Assembly (NCBI RefSeq): GCF_009914755.1
Contig: NC_060925.1
Source of the DNA: the human T2T-CHM13v2.0 reference genome, Homo sapiens
Strand: one strand, 5' to 3'
DNA length: 64,000 nt
A program made the translations under genes and the position numbers. Shown here piece after piece: positions 46,358-63,800 of this stretch. Position 1 is the first letter of the stretch, and the number at the start of each line of letters is the position of its first letter. The notes beneath the pieces are model-generated. The model saw only the letters and a list, made by a program, of their open reading frames with translations. It made no database searches and had not been told where the DNA came from.

Positions 46358-47363
46358 GGACCTCTTCTTTGGCCCTGTGGGGTGTGCTGGGGCCTGAGGG
46401 GGGACAATGGAAGGGGCCTGGGGGCTGTTCCAGCGTATAAAACCATTGTGAAAGTTGGTGCTTTCCCTGGTTAAGGCTTGGTCTTGGATGCTGTAGGTTC
46501 CCCTGACCTCTGGCCCCAGGTGCCCATGCAGTCTAAGGTTCTTGCAGCCATGATCTCTGTTTCTTCCTTGTTCTGCTGTTACAACGATTCTTCCATATCA
46601 TGGATATTTTGTGAGTTATGACAGTAGTTTGGGGACCACAGGTAGGGACGGTCATCCTGAAAGGGATGATCTCCATTTTATAGAAGAGAAAACTGAGTCT
46701 CTGTGGGGGTGAGTCTCACAGCCATCAGGGATGATGGTGGCACTGGGAGTGGCCCTTCTGGCTCTGCAGCTCTTGTGGTCACCCTGGGCTGAGGTGGGGC
46801 AGTGTCCATGTGCTTGGCCTCTTTTCCCATCGAACATCATTCAGAATGTGATTCCCATGTGTGGGGTGGGGTGGGGGGAGCGAGAGCCCCAGCATAGACT
46901 CCGTGAATGCCCTTCTCCATGCACTGACTATGGAAAGTGCTGGATGCACTGAGTGTCACTAGCTAAGGTAGGGGAGGATGGAGAACTAGAGGGAGAAAAG
47001 CCAGGGTGTTTTCTGGGGAAGAGGAAGCAGGAGGCAAAAGAACAGAAGAAAAAAGTGTGAAACTGACCTTGAGACATTAACCTATCCCGCTCTCATCCCT
47101 GCCTTGTCTCTGTACCCCTCCCCGCAAAGTTGAAGGAGGTGCCACCATCCCGGCCTCAGAGACGCCAGTTCCTGAGACTGCCCAGCCCTGGTTCAGCCTT
47201 AGCAAAAAGGTGTAACCAGGGGCTGCAGCTGTCCTGGAACTGTGGGAAAGCCTGGGGTTGGGTGTTGGGGGATCTGAAGCTGGGGTTGAGGAGGAGCTGA
47301 TAGAAGGACTCTGGGAGGCAAGGTCCCACCTCAGCAGGGTGGGGCAGGTGCCTGGCACGTCAT

Positions 47364-48277
<914 letters not shown>

Positions 48278-48319
48278 TCCTGACAGTGGTTGGGGAGCAG
48301 GGCTGCCCCCTTCCTGCTT

Positions 48320-48785
48320 GAGGGAGGCTAAATAACAGCCCCCAAATATGTTTATGCCCTAATCCCTGGCACTAGGAATGTTAACATATATCAAGAGGGA
48401 CTTTGTCCATGCGGTTAAGGATCTTGAGGTGATTAGCCTGGCTTATCTAAATGGGCCCCAGGTAATCACAAAGGTTCTCATCAGAGGGACCCAGGAGTCA
48501 AGAGTCAGAGGAGAAGGCAGGAAGATCCGGGAAGCACAGACTGAAGTGATGCGCTTGCAGAGACTGGAGGGCTGTGCTTTGGAGATGGAGGAGGGGCCAA
48601 GGCAGGCCATGGATTGTCTTCCCCACACTTTGGAAGGAACCAGCCCCGCTGATACCTTGATTTTAGCCCCATTAGCCTTATTTTGGACTTCTGACCTCCA
48701 GGACTGTAAGAATAATACTGTGTTATTTTAAACCTCTGAGTTTGTGGTGATTTTTTGCGGCAGCTGCAGGAAACAGAAAATGCAC
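48320..48785 (+). mobile_element. MLT1D-type MaLR LTR
   Basis: aataacagcccccaaa...ctaatccctgg...gttaaggatcttgag...ggacttctgacctccag. Confidence 0.8.
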
Positions 48786-49924
48786 TGCCTAGATGGACCC
48801 TCTGACTCCCCACCACCCAGGCTGGAGCGGCAGAGGCTGCCAGGAAGAGCCAGAAAACAGGTGAACCCAAGGCCACTCCCTCCCCAGGCTGAGGTAAGCA
48901 ATTCTGGGAGGTGTGGGGCCGTGTGGGGCCTGCTGAGGCGGTGTGGGGCCTGCTGGACAGCAGCCCTTCCAGGTAGGGTTGGGGTCTTCCCTGTGCCCAA
49001 GGCAGGAAGGGATCTAAAGCCCAGCCGCCCCTCCCCTGACCCTCAGGACACTAGCCCCAGTGCAGGGGCCCTCCAGCAGCTGCAGAGCTCCTCTAGCACC
49101 TGGTGTGGCACAGCAGCTTCCTTTATCTGATGATAGGTCACTGACCAGCTAATACAGGCCAAGGCTGCTGGGAGGCCAGGAATATGGCCATGAGGAGCAC
49201 AGCACGATGTTCCCTCTATCACGTGTGCATATTCTAGTGGAGGAAGACTGACAGTAAGTAGGTAAATATATGTACATCAGGTGGTGGCAAGGGCTATGGA
49301 AAAAATGAGCAAGAGAGGGGCATAGAAAGTGGTAGGATGGAAGGGAGATAGGGTGGGCAGGGAGGGCCAGATAGAATGCAGTTTGAGCCACTTAGATCTC
49401 TGAAGGAAGGAAGAACATTCCAGGGATAGGGACCAGGAGGACACAGGTGCCAGGACAGGAGCATACTGGGCATTTTCAAGGACAGGATGGAACCCAATGT
49501 GGCTGGTGTGGAGTGAGAGGTGGGGAAGGGATAGGAGCGGGAATGTGGAGGGAAGATGGCCTGGGGTCCTGTGGGCATTAGCCGGGCTCACAGGGGAGCT
49601 CTTGGAGGGTTATGAGCGAGAAGTGAGCTGCTCCGTGCATTCCAAGGATCCCTCTAGGAGACCTGAGATACCTCCTTGCCCTGTTCTGCAGCTGCGCTGG
49701 CTGCAAGGTACAGATTTGGCCCTCAGCTAAATTGCAAGGAAGACAGAGGAAGAGAGAGGAAGGTTCCATTCTCCTGTTTCTTGCCCATTTCTCCTCATCA
49801 GTGGAACCCTGCCTGTGCACGGTCTTCTTTATTTGCACACAGCTCCCTGCCCTCCCCAATACCTTACCAATGATTTACGCTTTAGTAAAATCAAGGCTAT
49901 GCATTCCATGACCCCTTCTCCAAA

Positions 49925-50670
<746 letters not shown>

Positions 50671-51139
50671 GAGTCCCAGGGATGTTTCTTAGGGTCTGAT
50701 TTCTAATCATAAAATTTGAGATTTTATCCCATTCAAAGAAATATCCGAAGTCTTATTAGCCTACTAGTCAGCCTTTACCTGAGGACAAAAGTGCTTTGTT
50801 TTGGGGGAATCCTGGGGCTGTATGGGAATTCCAAAGGGCACATTTGGCTCAATGGCCTGGATGTCTTACCTTTGGGAAGCAGGGAGCTGGGAGGAGCCTA
50901 GCTGGACCCCTGCCGCTCTGCTGGATGGGTTTGGCTCAGGGTGTGGGTATTGGTTAGGTGTGGATACAAAGGCTTGGTCCTTGCTGTGGCAGAGAAGGTT
51001 GATAAAGGGGCCTGGGGAAAATTAAATTAGATGCTGAACTTTGCCTTTTATTCATTTGCCTGAAGATTAAGCTGTCCACAGGTTAATCTGCAGGTCCGTT
51101 CACAAGCCAGGGACACAAAATGATCAAGACAGAGTCCCC

Positions 51140-51630
51140 TTCAAACAAACACCACACATGTATGTTCACTGTGGCATCATTCACAATAGCAGAAGGTGCA
51201 GACAACCCAAATGTCCCTCAGTGGATGAATGGAGAAACAAAACATGGCACACCCACACAATGGAATGCTCTTCAGCCATAGATGGAATGAAGTACTGCCC
51301 CACACTACAGCATGGATCAACCTCAAAGACATCATACTGCGTGAAAGAAGTCAGCCAGAAAAGGCCATATACTGTATGATTCCTTTCATGTAATATACCC
51401 AGAATAGGCAAAGCCACAGAGACAGAAGGCAGAATGGTGATTGTCAGGGCTTGGAGGAGGGAGAAATGGGGAGTGGCTGCTTAATGGGTATGGGTTTCCT
51501 TTAGGGTGGTGAAAGTGTTCTGGAACTAGGTAGTGGTGATGGTTGTCTAACACTGGGAATGTGCTAAATGTCACTGAATTGTGCAATTGAAAGTGGTAAA
51601 TTTTATGTAATTTTACTACAATTTTAAAAA
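51140..51630 (+). mobile_element. L1MB-type 3' end
   Basis: caacccaaatgtccctcagtggatgaatgg...tactgtatgattcc...gttctggaactaggtagtggtgatggttg. Confidence 0.85.
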
Positions 51631-52409
51631 AACAACAGAGTGAGAGAAGACAATCAACAGAGAAATAGATATTTAACGTATACACTATGAAGACCAAGAA
51701 GATGGGCTAAGGAGGCAGAGAGTGATGACGAGGGTGCTATTTTATGGGGTGGTCAAGGCTGGCCTTTCTGAGGAGGATGTGTGGGGAGAGCCAGGCACAT
51801 GGCTGGGAGAAGACCCTTCCAGGATGTGGAGGAGGAGCAGCAAAGGCCTGGGGCAGAAGTGAGAAGGAGTGCTGGGGAACCAGCAAGAGGCTACCGGGAC
51901 TGCAGCTGCAGTGGGAGGGGGTGGTGAAGGGATGGGGTGGGGGGGCAGCGGGCAGAAGAGGTCAAGTGCCTGCAACCACTGTCAGGGGTGGGAGCAGAGT
52001 AGTGGAGGGAGGGGCGAGTGTGGAAGCAGGAATTCAGCCAGGAGGCAGTTGCAGACAGGGATCTGTTTCCGAAGATCCATCAAGACCGGAGACTAAACAC
52101 TTGCTTCTTGCTTTGGCTGTGCTGCTATTAATTAGAGCTCTGCAAACGGCCTCTCTCCTGTCCTCAATTCCAGTGCTGCAGAGTCATGATTAAGCAGATC
52201 TGTCGCTAAGTGAGGATTTTGTTGTGCTTTTTGAATGCAGTGCCTAGGTATGTTCATTTATTTTTCTTTCAAGTTTGTATTGAACGACGTATTATATCTC
52301 ACATGGTATGTCTCCTGTGCCCCACTGCCTGGGGCTCCCTGTCCCTCTCCACTTGCTTTCTTTTTTCCCATTGCACTTACTTATCACTACCCAACACATT
52401 GGACATGCA

Positions 52410-53185
<776 letters not shown>

Positions 53186-54659
53186 CTGATGTGTTTATTT
53201 GCTTATCATCCTCCCTACCCCAGACGGAGGCTCTCTAAGGGGAAGATCTTTTGTCTGTTTCCTTCATGCTGTGTCTGAAGTGACCAGGACAGCAGCCGGC
53301 AATAGGACGTGCTCAGTCGATATTGTACAATGGATCTTCATAATTCTTGCTTATTTGTGTGGTTGTTATCTGTCTGAAATTCAAGAAAGAAGGACATGAG
53401 AAAAGAAAAGGATGAAAGCACACTGGTCTTATCTGAGGCTGGGGATTTCCCCGTTGGGCCCAGTGTTGTGGATTCTGCAGTTGAGTTGTGTCTGTTTGCA
53501 GCTGAAAGAAAGCTGTGGCAGTGAGGAGAGGTTGCAAATTTAGAATCAAGTTCAAGTTCTCCTAGCAACATGCACACCCCCGCTGCTGGCTGGTGTAATC
53601 CAAGCACCAAACACGTGCAGCTGGGGCAGTGCGTGTTGCTAGGAGAACAATGACTCTCTTGCTTCCAGAGCTGGTAGGTGACTGCGGTATTACCAGGGGC
53701 GCACAAAGTGGGTGTTGCCCTTTGTTTCCCAAGTAATTGTTTTAAAGCAAGGTGAGGAGGAGCCTGGGGAAGGGTAGAATGAGAGAAAGCATGAACCCTG
53801 ATTTGTGTTTGTTTGTTTAGGAACTAGAGGTTAGTGAAAAGCCTCTTGTTTCAGAATGTGTCCCAAATGGGTTTACAATTAGTGACAGAGTCTGTAGGAG
53901 CTTATGAAACAACCAATTCCCCACACTGTTTGGCTCTCAGCATCCACAGACCATCTGGATCAGCTGAGCATGAAGTGTGGGGGCGTGCATTGGGGGTGGG
54001 GTCCAGAAACAAAAAAGATCAAGCTGGCATCGGTTGGGGCGGGAGAGGGATTTGGGTTTTCAGATTTCCTTTCGCTTAATTACATTCGCAGGCTGTCCTG
54101 ATCCTCATTCCCCTTCCCCATTGTTTCTGCCCTGTCAGCGGGGTTGACTGGCTGAAAACAGACCACCTGGGCAGCCAGAAGAACTGTGCCTGTCCCGGCA
54201 GCCCTGACTCTGGACAGGTGGTGTGGGGTGGTGTGAGGTGGTTGGGGGACGGGAGAACAGGGAAGCAGGGCCAAGGACAGTAATATCCCTGGCCACTCTT
54301 CATATATGTAGTCACCAATGCTCAAAGTCCTCCATGCCCCCACTTCCATCCTGCAAAGGAGGAAGCTGAGCTGCCAAGGAGTGGCAGAGCTGAGAGCAGC
54401 ACCAGCTCCGTCTCTCCCGAAGACCACCTTCTTTCTCCCATGTCTGCCTGCAGGATTTGATGATGAGACATCGTCTGCTACAGGATTTGCAGGGAAACAT
54501 GGAGTATCACTTTGGGCCTATTTTCTAAGAGAATGGCCTGAAGAGAATAGATTCAAGTTTTCTCCCAGAAAAGCCTCTGCTTCAGGAGCAGGTAGCAGAA
54601 AAAATACAATATGTTCATCAAACAGGTTTGATTCCCCTCCTGGACACACGGAAAGGCTA

Positions 54660-54661
<2 letters not shown>

Positions 54662-54716
<55 letters not shown>

Positions 54717-54985
54717 CGGAGGCTCGCTCAGCCACTCAGGCTGGAGTACAGTGGCATGATCTCAGCTCACTGCACCCACTGTCTCCTGGGTTCAAGCGAT
54801 TCTCCCGTCTCAGCCTCCCAGGTAGCTGGGATTATAGGCACCTGCCATCATGCCTGGCTAATTTTTGTATTTTAGTAGAGACAGGGTTTCACCATGTTGG
54901 CCAGGCTTGTCTTAAACTCCTGAACTCTGCCCGCCTTGGCCTCCCAAAGTGCTAGGATTACAGGCGTGAGCCACTGCACCCGGCT
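54662..54985 (-). mobile_element. AluS with a 51-nt pure poly(A) tail
   Basis: T run 54662-54712; TSD ggaaaggctatcttt. Confidence 0.93.
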
Positions 54986-55033
54986 GGAAAGGCTATCTTT
55001 CTGAGCTTCCACTACTGTAAGGTGGAGTCATAG

Positions 55034-55769
55034 TGTTAGAGTAGGTAGCTAAGCAGACATGAGCAGGACAGGAGAGGACTCCCCACCCCCCCTCCCGCCC
55101 ACAGGAATGTCAGGCAACCATCAGGTGATGGTCAGGCAGTTGTTAACTGTCAGTCTAAAATAATAATAGGGCATAGCTGGCACCAAGGAAAGGAAGACTC
55201 CTAATAGAAAACACCTGAAGCTGGTGAGCAGCCGCTTCCTGGTAAGATCTCAGGAGCTGGGCAAGTGGGCTCTAGCCTGGGCACTAAGAGGCAAAATGAC
55301 AGAGTTTAACCTGTATATGACCTTCCTCTAGGAACACTCTACTGGTAAGGGGAGAAATGCCTCAAATGAGCATGTGCACAACTTCAGTAAACATGCTGTG
55401 CATGTGGCCCCTCCCAAGTGCCCGCAGGCCACCACACAAGTGGACAGCCCTGGACAGCCCGCCCCTAGGGAAGAATCAAGGGAGGAGAAACAGAAGCCCT
55501 GGAACTGTGCTAGCATATAAAACCCCAAGTCAAGGGCTGAATGGCACACTTGGATCTCTCAAGTCACCTGCTTGGCCCCCTTCCAAGTGTATTTACTTCC
55601 ATTTGTTCCTGCTCTAAAACTTTTTAATAAACTTTCACTCCTGCTCTAAAACTTGCCTCGGTCTCTCCCTCTGCCTTAAAACTACTTCTGCCCCCGCAGC
55701 CGAATTCTTTCCTCTGAGAGGGCAAGAATCAAGTTGCTGCGCACCCCTGCAGATTCACTGCTGCTAACA
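55034..55769 (+). mobile_element. MER50-type ERV1 solo LTR
   Basis: tgttagagtaggtagctaagcagacatgagcagg...gctgctaaca; flanks atag/atgg. Confidence 0.85.
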
Positions 55770-57034
55770 ATGGGGCTGGTTTTCTGGCCTGTGGAACGTG
55801 GGCTAAAGGGATGAGCAGCCCTGCCTGGCTCGGTCCTAAAACCTGCCATACCATCCTCCCCCCGTTTTCTTCCCGTCTGCTTGTTGGATGCAGGGGACCC
55901 AGGGTGGTACTCCAAGGCCCTGAAAGACAGTGGAGCTACTTGGGAGGAGCCCAGGTCCCGAATGCCTTAGTGGAGCAGAATGTCTGCTACACTCAACTCG
56001 TATTGGACTCTGAAGGCAAAACTCACCTTTGTTGTGTTGAGCCACTAAGTTTTGGGGGACATCTGAAACAGGCTGTGCTGATTAATACGGAGCGGCCAGG
56101 AGGGCATGGGAAATGATCAGTTTTGTGGGCTGGGGGAGAGGCAGTGGGATTTGGTGGAAGTGTTTCCATGAGGGGGCAGAGAAGAGCCTCCTGGAGATAG
56201 AAAGGTGAAGTGGAAAGTGCTATCCTAAATTGAGAAAAGGGAGCCAGTGTGTGTGCACCCTCTTATATTTGTAAATTAGAGTTAACACTTCTGGTGGGGC
56301 CCTCTGTAAACTGTAAATACGGATAATAATGAAGGTTTGTATTGCATACACACTTTTCTAAGTGCTTCAGATGGATGATCTCATTTAACCTTCATAACAT
56401 CCCGGTGAGGTAGGAACTATTAATATCAGCCTCATTTTAGAGGTGAGAAAACAGAGATGAAGCACTTTCCCCACCACCACCAGAAAGTAAGTGGCACAGC
56501 CAGGATGGAGTTGAGGTATCCAGGCTCTTGAACCTGCCTCTTAACCATGATGTCTCTCTCTCTATGGACTGCACACTAACACCTTTCTAATCAGGATGAA
56601 GAATTCTGCTGTTATACCTGGTGGTCTGAAATAAAGCAGAAATTTGGCTGGCTCAAGTGTTCCAGGTTGCTCAAGAAGCCATGCAATTCAATCCTCTCTG
56701 AAACGGTGCTGTATATTCCTGGAAGCATCCTAGAGGGAACAGGGAGCGCTGGGCTGATGGGGGAAAATGAGGGTCGAGAATGGGAGAGGCCAGCCTGCAT
56801 TATTTGTAGGCTCAGAGGAAGGGTCCTGAGTGGAGGACTAAAGGAGCCACTGTGGCTAGACCGGTGCTCTTCTGACCCTGGTGCCACCCAGGAGTGCGTC
56901 TCACTGCTGGGGCTGGCCAGCCCTGGCACATCTGGCGAAAGGACTGTTGGTGGGAAGAGACCTCAGCCACCCTCTCTAGACTGTGTCCTAAGAAGGAGGA
57001 TGGGTCCGAAGGTGGGAAACGTATCCTATACATC

Positions 57035-57637
<603 letters not shown>

Positions 57638-59431
57638 TAATGGCAATTTGTCCACAAGAACTTATACACTGCATTTTAGAGTTGTGGGAGAGTGAAGGAG
57701 CCCTCACCTGGGCTGGCTTCCACCAGGGAGCCATAAGGGGAGCTCTTGAGTGGGGATTTGGATAACCCTTTTTTAGGACCAGCAGAAATGATGCCCAGAA
57801 TAGGGTCTTTCCATTTTCAATGTCGCTTTGCATGAAGATCTACTTGAGAGGCTGAGACAGGAGAATCACTTGAACCCGGGAGGCAGAGGTTGCAGTGAGC
57901 CAAGATCATTTGGGATCAATTAAGTCTACCTTTAATTTTCTCAGTGCCACAGGCACTCAGATGGAGCTGAAACCTTGCATTGAATTAGGAAGAGAAGAAA
58001 AATCATTGGTGGGTCTAGAGCCTGCAGACATGATTTGCTGCTGGGACACTGCATGCAGGCAGCTGCGCTTTTCCCCAGTCTCTCTTGCTTCCTTGGACAG
58101 CAGCTTTTGGTAGTGTAAGTGTTGGATGCCCAGCTGATGTTTGGCCTTAGGGTGCAGGCAGACTTGGTGTCCTCATTCCTTCAACAGATGTGCTCTAAGT
58201 GGGAACAGCCTCCCTGTGCCAGGGATGTGTCTGTCCCCTATTCATGCAAAAGCAGTGCTGGGAGTGCAGAGGCAATGCGGATGGGAGCTTGCTCATTTTC
58301 TTCATATTTCCTTTAGGCTCCGAGACCCCCACGCACTCTCCACATCAGGTTTAATGCAACTCACATGAACTTACAGATGAGCAGGGCAGAATTCCAAAAA
58401 TATCCCTCTGCGGTCACCTCTCCTGAACTCCAGCCCTCTGTTCCTAGTTGCTTTCTGGATGTCCTGCAACACATCCCAATCATTATGTCCTCCTTTTACT
58501 CCACCACCATTTATTTAGAGTCTTCTCTGTGCCAGGCCTTGCTAGTGTGAAGAATAAAGAGTCAAAGAAGAGTTAGCCCTGCATCAGTTCAAATGGCCAC
58601 CTCCTTCCTCCACCGGACCAAGCATTCCTTGCTCCACAGCGAGTTCTCAGCACCTGGGAGTTAGAACATAGTAGGTGCTCAATAAATATTGTTGCATACA
58701 TGTTGGATAAACTAAACACCTGTCTTCAAAAGGCTTTGGGAAGATTAGGGAAACAGAAGTGAACCAGTAACTGCAGTTCACCTAGCACAAGTGTTAGGAT
58801 GGAGGTGAGTAAGAAGCTGTACTGGGGAAGAAGAAGGGCATTTGACTAAGTCTGACTGTGGGACTCAGGGGCTGCTTCCAGGAGGAGGCAATGCTGGAGC
58901 TGAGAATTGAAGAATAAGTGAGAGACAGCCTGGTGAGGAAGGGGATGGGAGTTGGGGGAAGGATATTCCAGCTCTTGACAATAGCAGCCCAGGGACACCA
59001 CTGCAGGTGTATTCTGGGAGCAGTGGTAGTAGGTGAGGTGGAGAGGTCCAGGGCAGGTGGCCAGGCTCATCTTTCTGCAAACCAGCGCCACCTTCCCCAT
59101 CTTCCCAGGTTCTCTGGTGGGCACCCTCATTGTCCTGGAGCCGTTAGAGCAATCCTCCACAGTCCAGCTTGTCTCTTCCTTGGGATGAAGCCCTCCAGGT
59201 TCCATGCTCACTCCAGCTGGGGCCTCTGGTCTAGCACCACCACTCCACCCTCACGTTCTGCTTGCCTGGGTTGCTGTCTCTGTCTCCTAACTGGTCCTCC
59301 CACCCCTTGTTTGGCTCCAATTTATCCTGCACACTTCTGCCAGAGTCATCCTTTTAGCGCTCAGATCCTTCCTCTGCTCAATAGATTTCAGCGGCTCCCA
59401 GGTATCTACTAAATTAGGTGAAAACTTCTTC

Positions 59432-59520
59432 TTTTTTTTTTTAAGAGATGGGGTCTCATTGTCACCCAGCCTGAAGTGCAGTGTCACAATCACAGCTCAC
59501 TGTAACCTTGAACTCCTGGG
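59432..59520 (-). mobile_element. AluJ 3' fragment fused to L1
   Basis: Poly-T, gagatggggtctcattgtcacccag...aactcctggg then L1 sequence. Confidence 0.8.
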
Positions 59521-60490
59521 TTTGTTACATAGATATACATGTGTCATGGTGGTTTGCTGCACCCATCAACCCATCATCTACATTAGGTATTTCTCCTAAT
59601 CTATCTCTCCCCTTGCCCCCTACCCCCCGACAGGCCCTGGTGTGTAACGTTCCCCTCCCTGTGTCCACGTGTTCTCATTGTTCAACTCCCATGTATGAGT
59701 GAGAACATGTGGTGTTTGGTTTCCTGTTCCTCTGTTAGTTTGCTGAGAATGATGGTTTCCAGCTTCATCCATGTCCCTGCAAAGGACATGAACTCATTCT
59801 TTTTTATGGCTGCATAGTATTTCATGGTATATATATGCCACATTTTCTTTAACCCAGTCTATCATTGATGGGCATTTGGGTTGGTTCCAAGTCTTTGCTA
59901 TTGTGAATAGTGCTGCAGTAAACATACGTGTGCATGTGTCTTTATATAGTAGAATGATTTATAATCCTTTGGGAATATACCTAGTAATGGGATTGCTGGT
60001 TCAAATGGTATTTCTGACTCTAGATCCTTGAGGAATCGCCACACTGTCTTCCACAATCGAACTAATTTACACTCCCACCAACAGTGTAAAAGTGTTCCTA
60101 TTTCTCCACATCCTCTCCAGCATCTGTTTTTTCCTGACTTTTTAATGATTGCCATTCTAACTGGTGTGAGATGGTGTCTCATTGTGGTTTTGATTTGCAT
60201 TTCTCTAATGACCAGTGATGATGAGCTTTTTTTCATGTTTGTTGGCTGCATAAATGTCTTCTTTTGAGAAGTGTCTGTTCATATCCTTTGCCCACTTTTT
60301 GATGGGGTTGTTTGTTTTTTCCTTGAAAATTTGTTTAAGTTCCTTGTAGATTCTGGATATTAGCCCTTTGTCAGATGGATAGATTGCAAAAGTTTTCTCC
60401 CATTCTGTAGGCTGCCTGTTCACTCTGATGATAGTTACTTTTGCTGTGCAGAAGCTCTTTAGTTTAATTAGATCCCATTTGTCAATTTTG
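59521..60490 (-). mobile_element. L1PA 3' fragment (ORF2 C-terminus plus 3'UTR)
   Basis: ORF track 59898-60423 gives L1 ORF2 peptides ([25 protein letters not shown]; [23 protein letters not shown]; [11 protein letters not shown]). Confidence 0.95.
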
Positions 60491-61690
60491 CCTCCAAATT
60501 TCTATGGAATCCTATGTGTCTTTCAAGGCCAGTGTTAAACTCTGCTGTCTCTGTGAAGCCTTTCCCAACTCCCTGATGAAATCATATTCTAGCTCTTCCC
60601 TCCTCCCTCAGCACTGCGCTAGCCTCCCTGTTGAGCTGGAGGGTGATGGCTCCTTATCAAAGCTATTGGCAGTACTGAGGTGCTAAGCCATGTGTAAGGG
60701 CTAGGGCATCCAGGCAGACCTAGACTCTAGCAACCACTGCCTGCAAAGTCCCAAAGGGAGCCCTAGAGGAAGAACAGAGGAGGAAGCAGAATCACCTTTA
60801 CTCGTAGCTGGGCTTGGACCATAAACCCCATGCAGTGAACTGGGGTTAGCTGGGCTGAGTATGGGGGCCTTCCTCTCCCCAAATCTCTGCTCTTCTTGTT
60901 CTCTGGCCAGCCACATGGAAGGACAAGGACAATGCCTCAGCCTGGGCCAGTGAAGTGCATCTGCTGGGTGAACAGAGAACCTCTGCAGCTACGTCCTCAG
61001 CTTATCTTTTATGCATAGTGACTACACCCACTTCAAATATGTCAATGTCCTGAAATCTGACCAACCAGATGAGTGCTCTTCTTCCTTGGGTCAGAATGAA
61101 AGGCGAGGTGAGGGAGTCTTGAGATCTTCTCATCCTGCCTTTGAAATCCCCCAATACCCAGCACAGTGCTGAAGCCAGAGTAAGAGCAACAGGGAATTGT
61201 TGAATTAATTTGAAGTCAATACTGCTACCATGAGACTGGGTCTGCCCCTCACCTCAGAATCCAGGACGTGGAACTTCTAAACAGGGTGAGAATTGACATC
61301 AGAGTGCTGTCCACTTGGCTGCTAGGCATCTCATCCCTCTGCCTGCCTCTGTGCGAGTGCACTTAGACAGTGGAGCTCAGTAAAATCCAACAACCCACGG
61401 GGCCTGGAGAACTCAGAGGAGATGTCTGTCAAAGCTCACTCCCAGAGATTCTGGCACTCTGGAGGACCACAGAGGAAACAGATATTGTGTGGCACCATGT
61501 GATGTAAGGGGGAAGAAAAGCCTGAGAAACAGAACAAACTGGGGAAAAAACACGGTGAAGCAGAAGTACACAGGCTGTGATGGTGTATGTGACCCTCTCT
61601 ACTTAGAAGGAAGACAGTAAGAGAGGGGGAAGGGAGGAGGAGGAGGCTGCTAGGATCTGCATAGGACCCTGCATGTCAAAAAGGACTTTT

Positions 61691-62051
<361 letters not shown>

Positions 62052-63289
62052 TCAAAGGAGCTGAAATCCCTCATTCGGGTCTGCCCTGCCAGGTGCTGGG
62101 CCCCTGCTCAGCTTGCCCCAATCCTCTCTCCTGAAGCAGGTGGTCTCGCTTTCCCCGCAGCTGCTACCCATGGTACCCAGTCAGTGAGGGAATGCTGTTT
62201 GGCTCGCTGCTCTGTTTCGGGGGTAGAGGTTGGGTCAGGGGTGCCTCTCTCCCTCACTCTGGGGTCAATTCTCATCCTGCCTTGAGATTCCAGGTCTGAA
62301 CTCTGAAATGGGGGACAGCTTCATTCTTATGATACTGGGCCAATAGTCAGGGGCCTGGGTTCCACTGCTGTGGCTATCAGAATGGGGTCTGCAGGTGGAT
62401 TTGTTCTTGTACAAGGAATAGCCCTGTACAAGTGGGCAGGTGGAGGTGTTCATGCGCACTCTGAATAGATGCTGGTGGCTGTTGGGATGTCCTAGGTCAC
62501 TGTGAGGTTCTGTGATTGTGCTTTTGAAGTAGATCAAGTAGGATCCTAGTTAACTTTTGGCTTTTCCTTTGTCCTCCAAATGTCTTTGGGGATGGTAATG
62601 TCTGTTCTACTGGTTTCCTGAAGAGTGAGCTGCCTTCTAAATTTTATATAGTAAAATCCTTAAGATCATTTAAATTTCCCATATGGAACTTCGTATTTTT
62701 GGATCTCAACTGCATGCTCCTTTCTTTCCCCTCCAAACAAAAGTCTCCTGTTTGAGTTTTTAATGTCAGAACTTGAGGGGCTTACTCTTTAAGTAAGTGT
62801 ATTTGTAATTTCTTGTATTCACCTGGTTACTAAAGCTATCACAGATCAGAAACTTGGAATACCATGGTTTTTGGTCTTCAAAATGCTTTCGTCAGCATTA
62901 TTTCGTGCAAGCCTCACCTCCCCCACCTCCGGAAAGGAGGTTGGGTAGATTTTTTATTTTTATCATCATTTTTCCACAGATGGGAACATCGAGGCACAGA
63001 TGGGCTGGGGCACACGTAGAGTCAGGGCATAGCTGGGATTAGAACCTGGAGTCTCCGCCAAATGCTATTCCCCAGAGACCTCAGCCAGGGAGCGAGGCGC
63101 TTCTCCAACGTCAGGGTGTAGAGTCCCGTCTTTGTCTTCTCATCAGCCCAGAGCTGTGGCGCTGTGGGTGTAATGCGCTTGGCACAGGGAAGCCAGGGAT
63201 TCCAGGAGCAGGAACCTCAGACTCATGCCAGAGATTGTCCTACAGGAGGGGTCACCTGGGGCCGGGGATATCTAACCCACAGAGAGAAA

Positions 63290-63800
63290 AGGGCCCCTGC
63301 AGGCTCTGCGCACCGGCGCCCGTGCAGCCCTCCCCACGGATCACTGTTCCTGGACTGAATGAATTGCTCTATGACCTACAGACTAGCAGTCCCTTCGGTG
63401 TTACGCCCTTCCTTCCACCTTCTCTCCCTTTTGTCACCCCGGGTGCCCTCTGGGCCTCCAGGCTCTTGTAGGCCGCCTCCGCCGCCGATTCCGCAGATGG
63501 CCACTGGGTGGCGCCCGCGGCGTGCGGGCCGGGCCTTGGCGCTGACTGGGGCGGTGCGTCCAGCCTGCAGCTTCCCGGACCCCCAGCCCGCAGCGGGGCT
63601 GCTGGGGCCCCTTCCGCGAGCCTGGGGGCCTGGCGGAGCTGGACGAGGCTCAGGGTCACTTACAGAGAGACAGAGGTGGGTGGGTGGGGACGCTGGAGGT
63701 GGGACGGGGTGTGGGGAAGGGGAGGACGCTCGGAGCTCTGACAAGGCGGTGGTTCTTTTCCCCAGGGAAACCCTTTCGGGGTGGAACGGGCTGAACCGTT
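63290..63800. promoter_or_regulatory. CpG-island-like segment
   Basis: GC-rich unique sequence with dense CpG (ccgccgccgattccgc, ggcgcccgcggcgtgcgggccggg), unlike the CpG-poor background. Confidence 0.7.

Noticed and set aside
59898-60423. L1 ORF2-like ORFs
   Set aside because: 5'-truncated, frameshifted L1PA relic; not an active element or host gene
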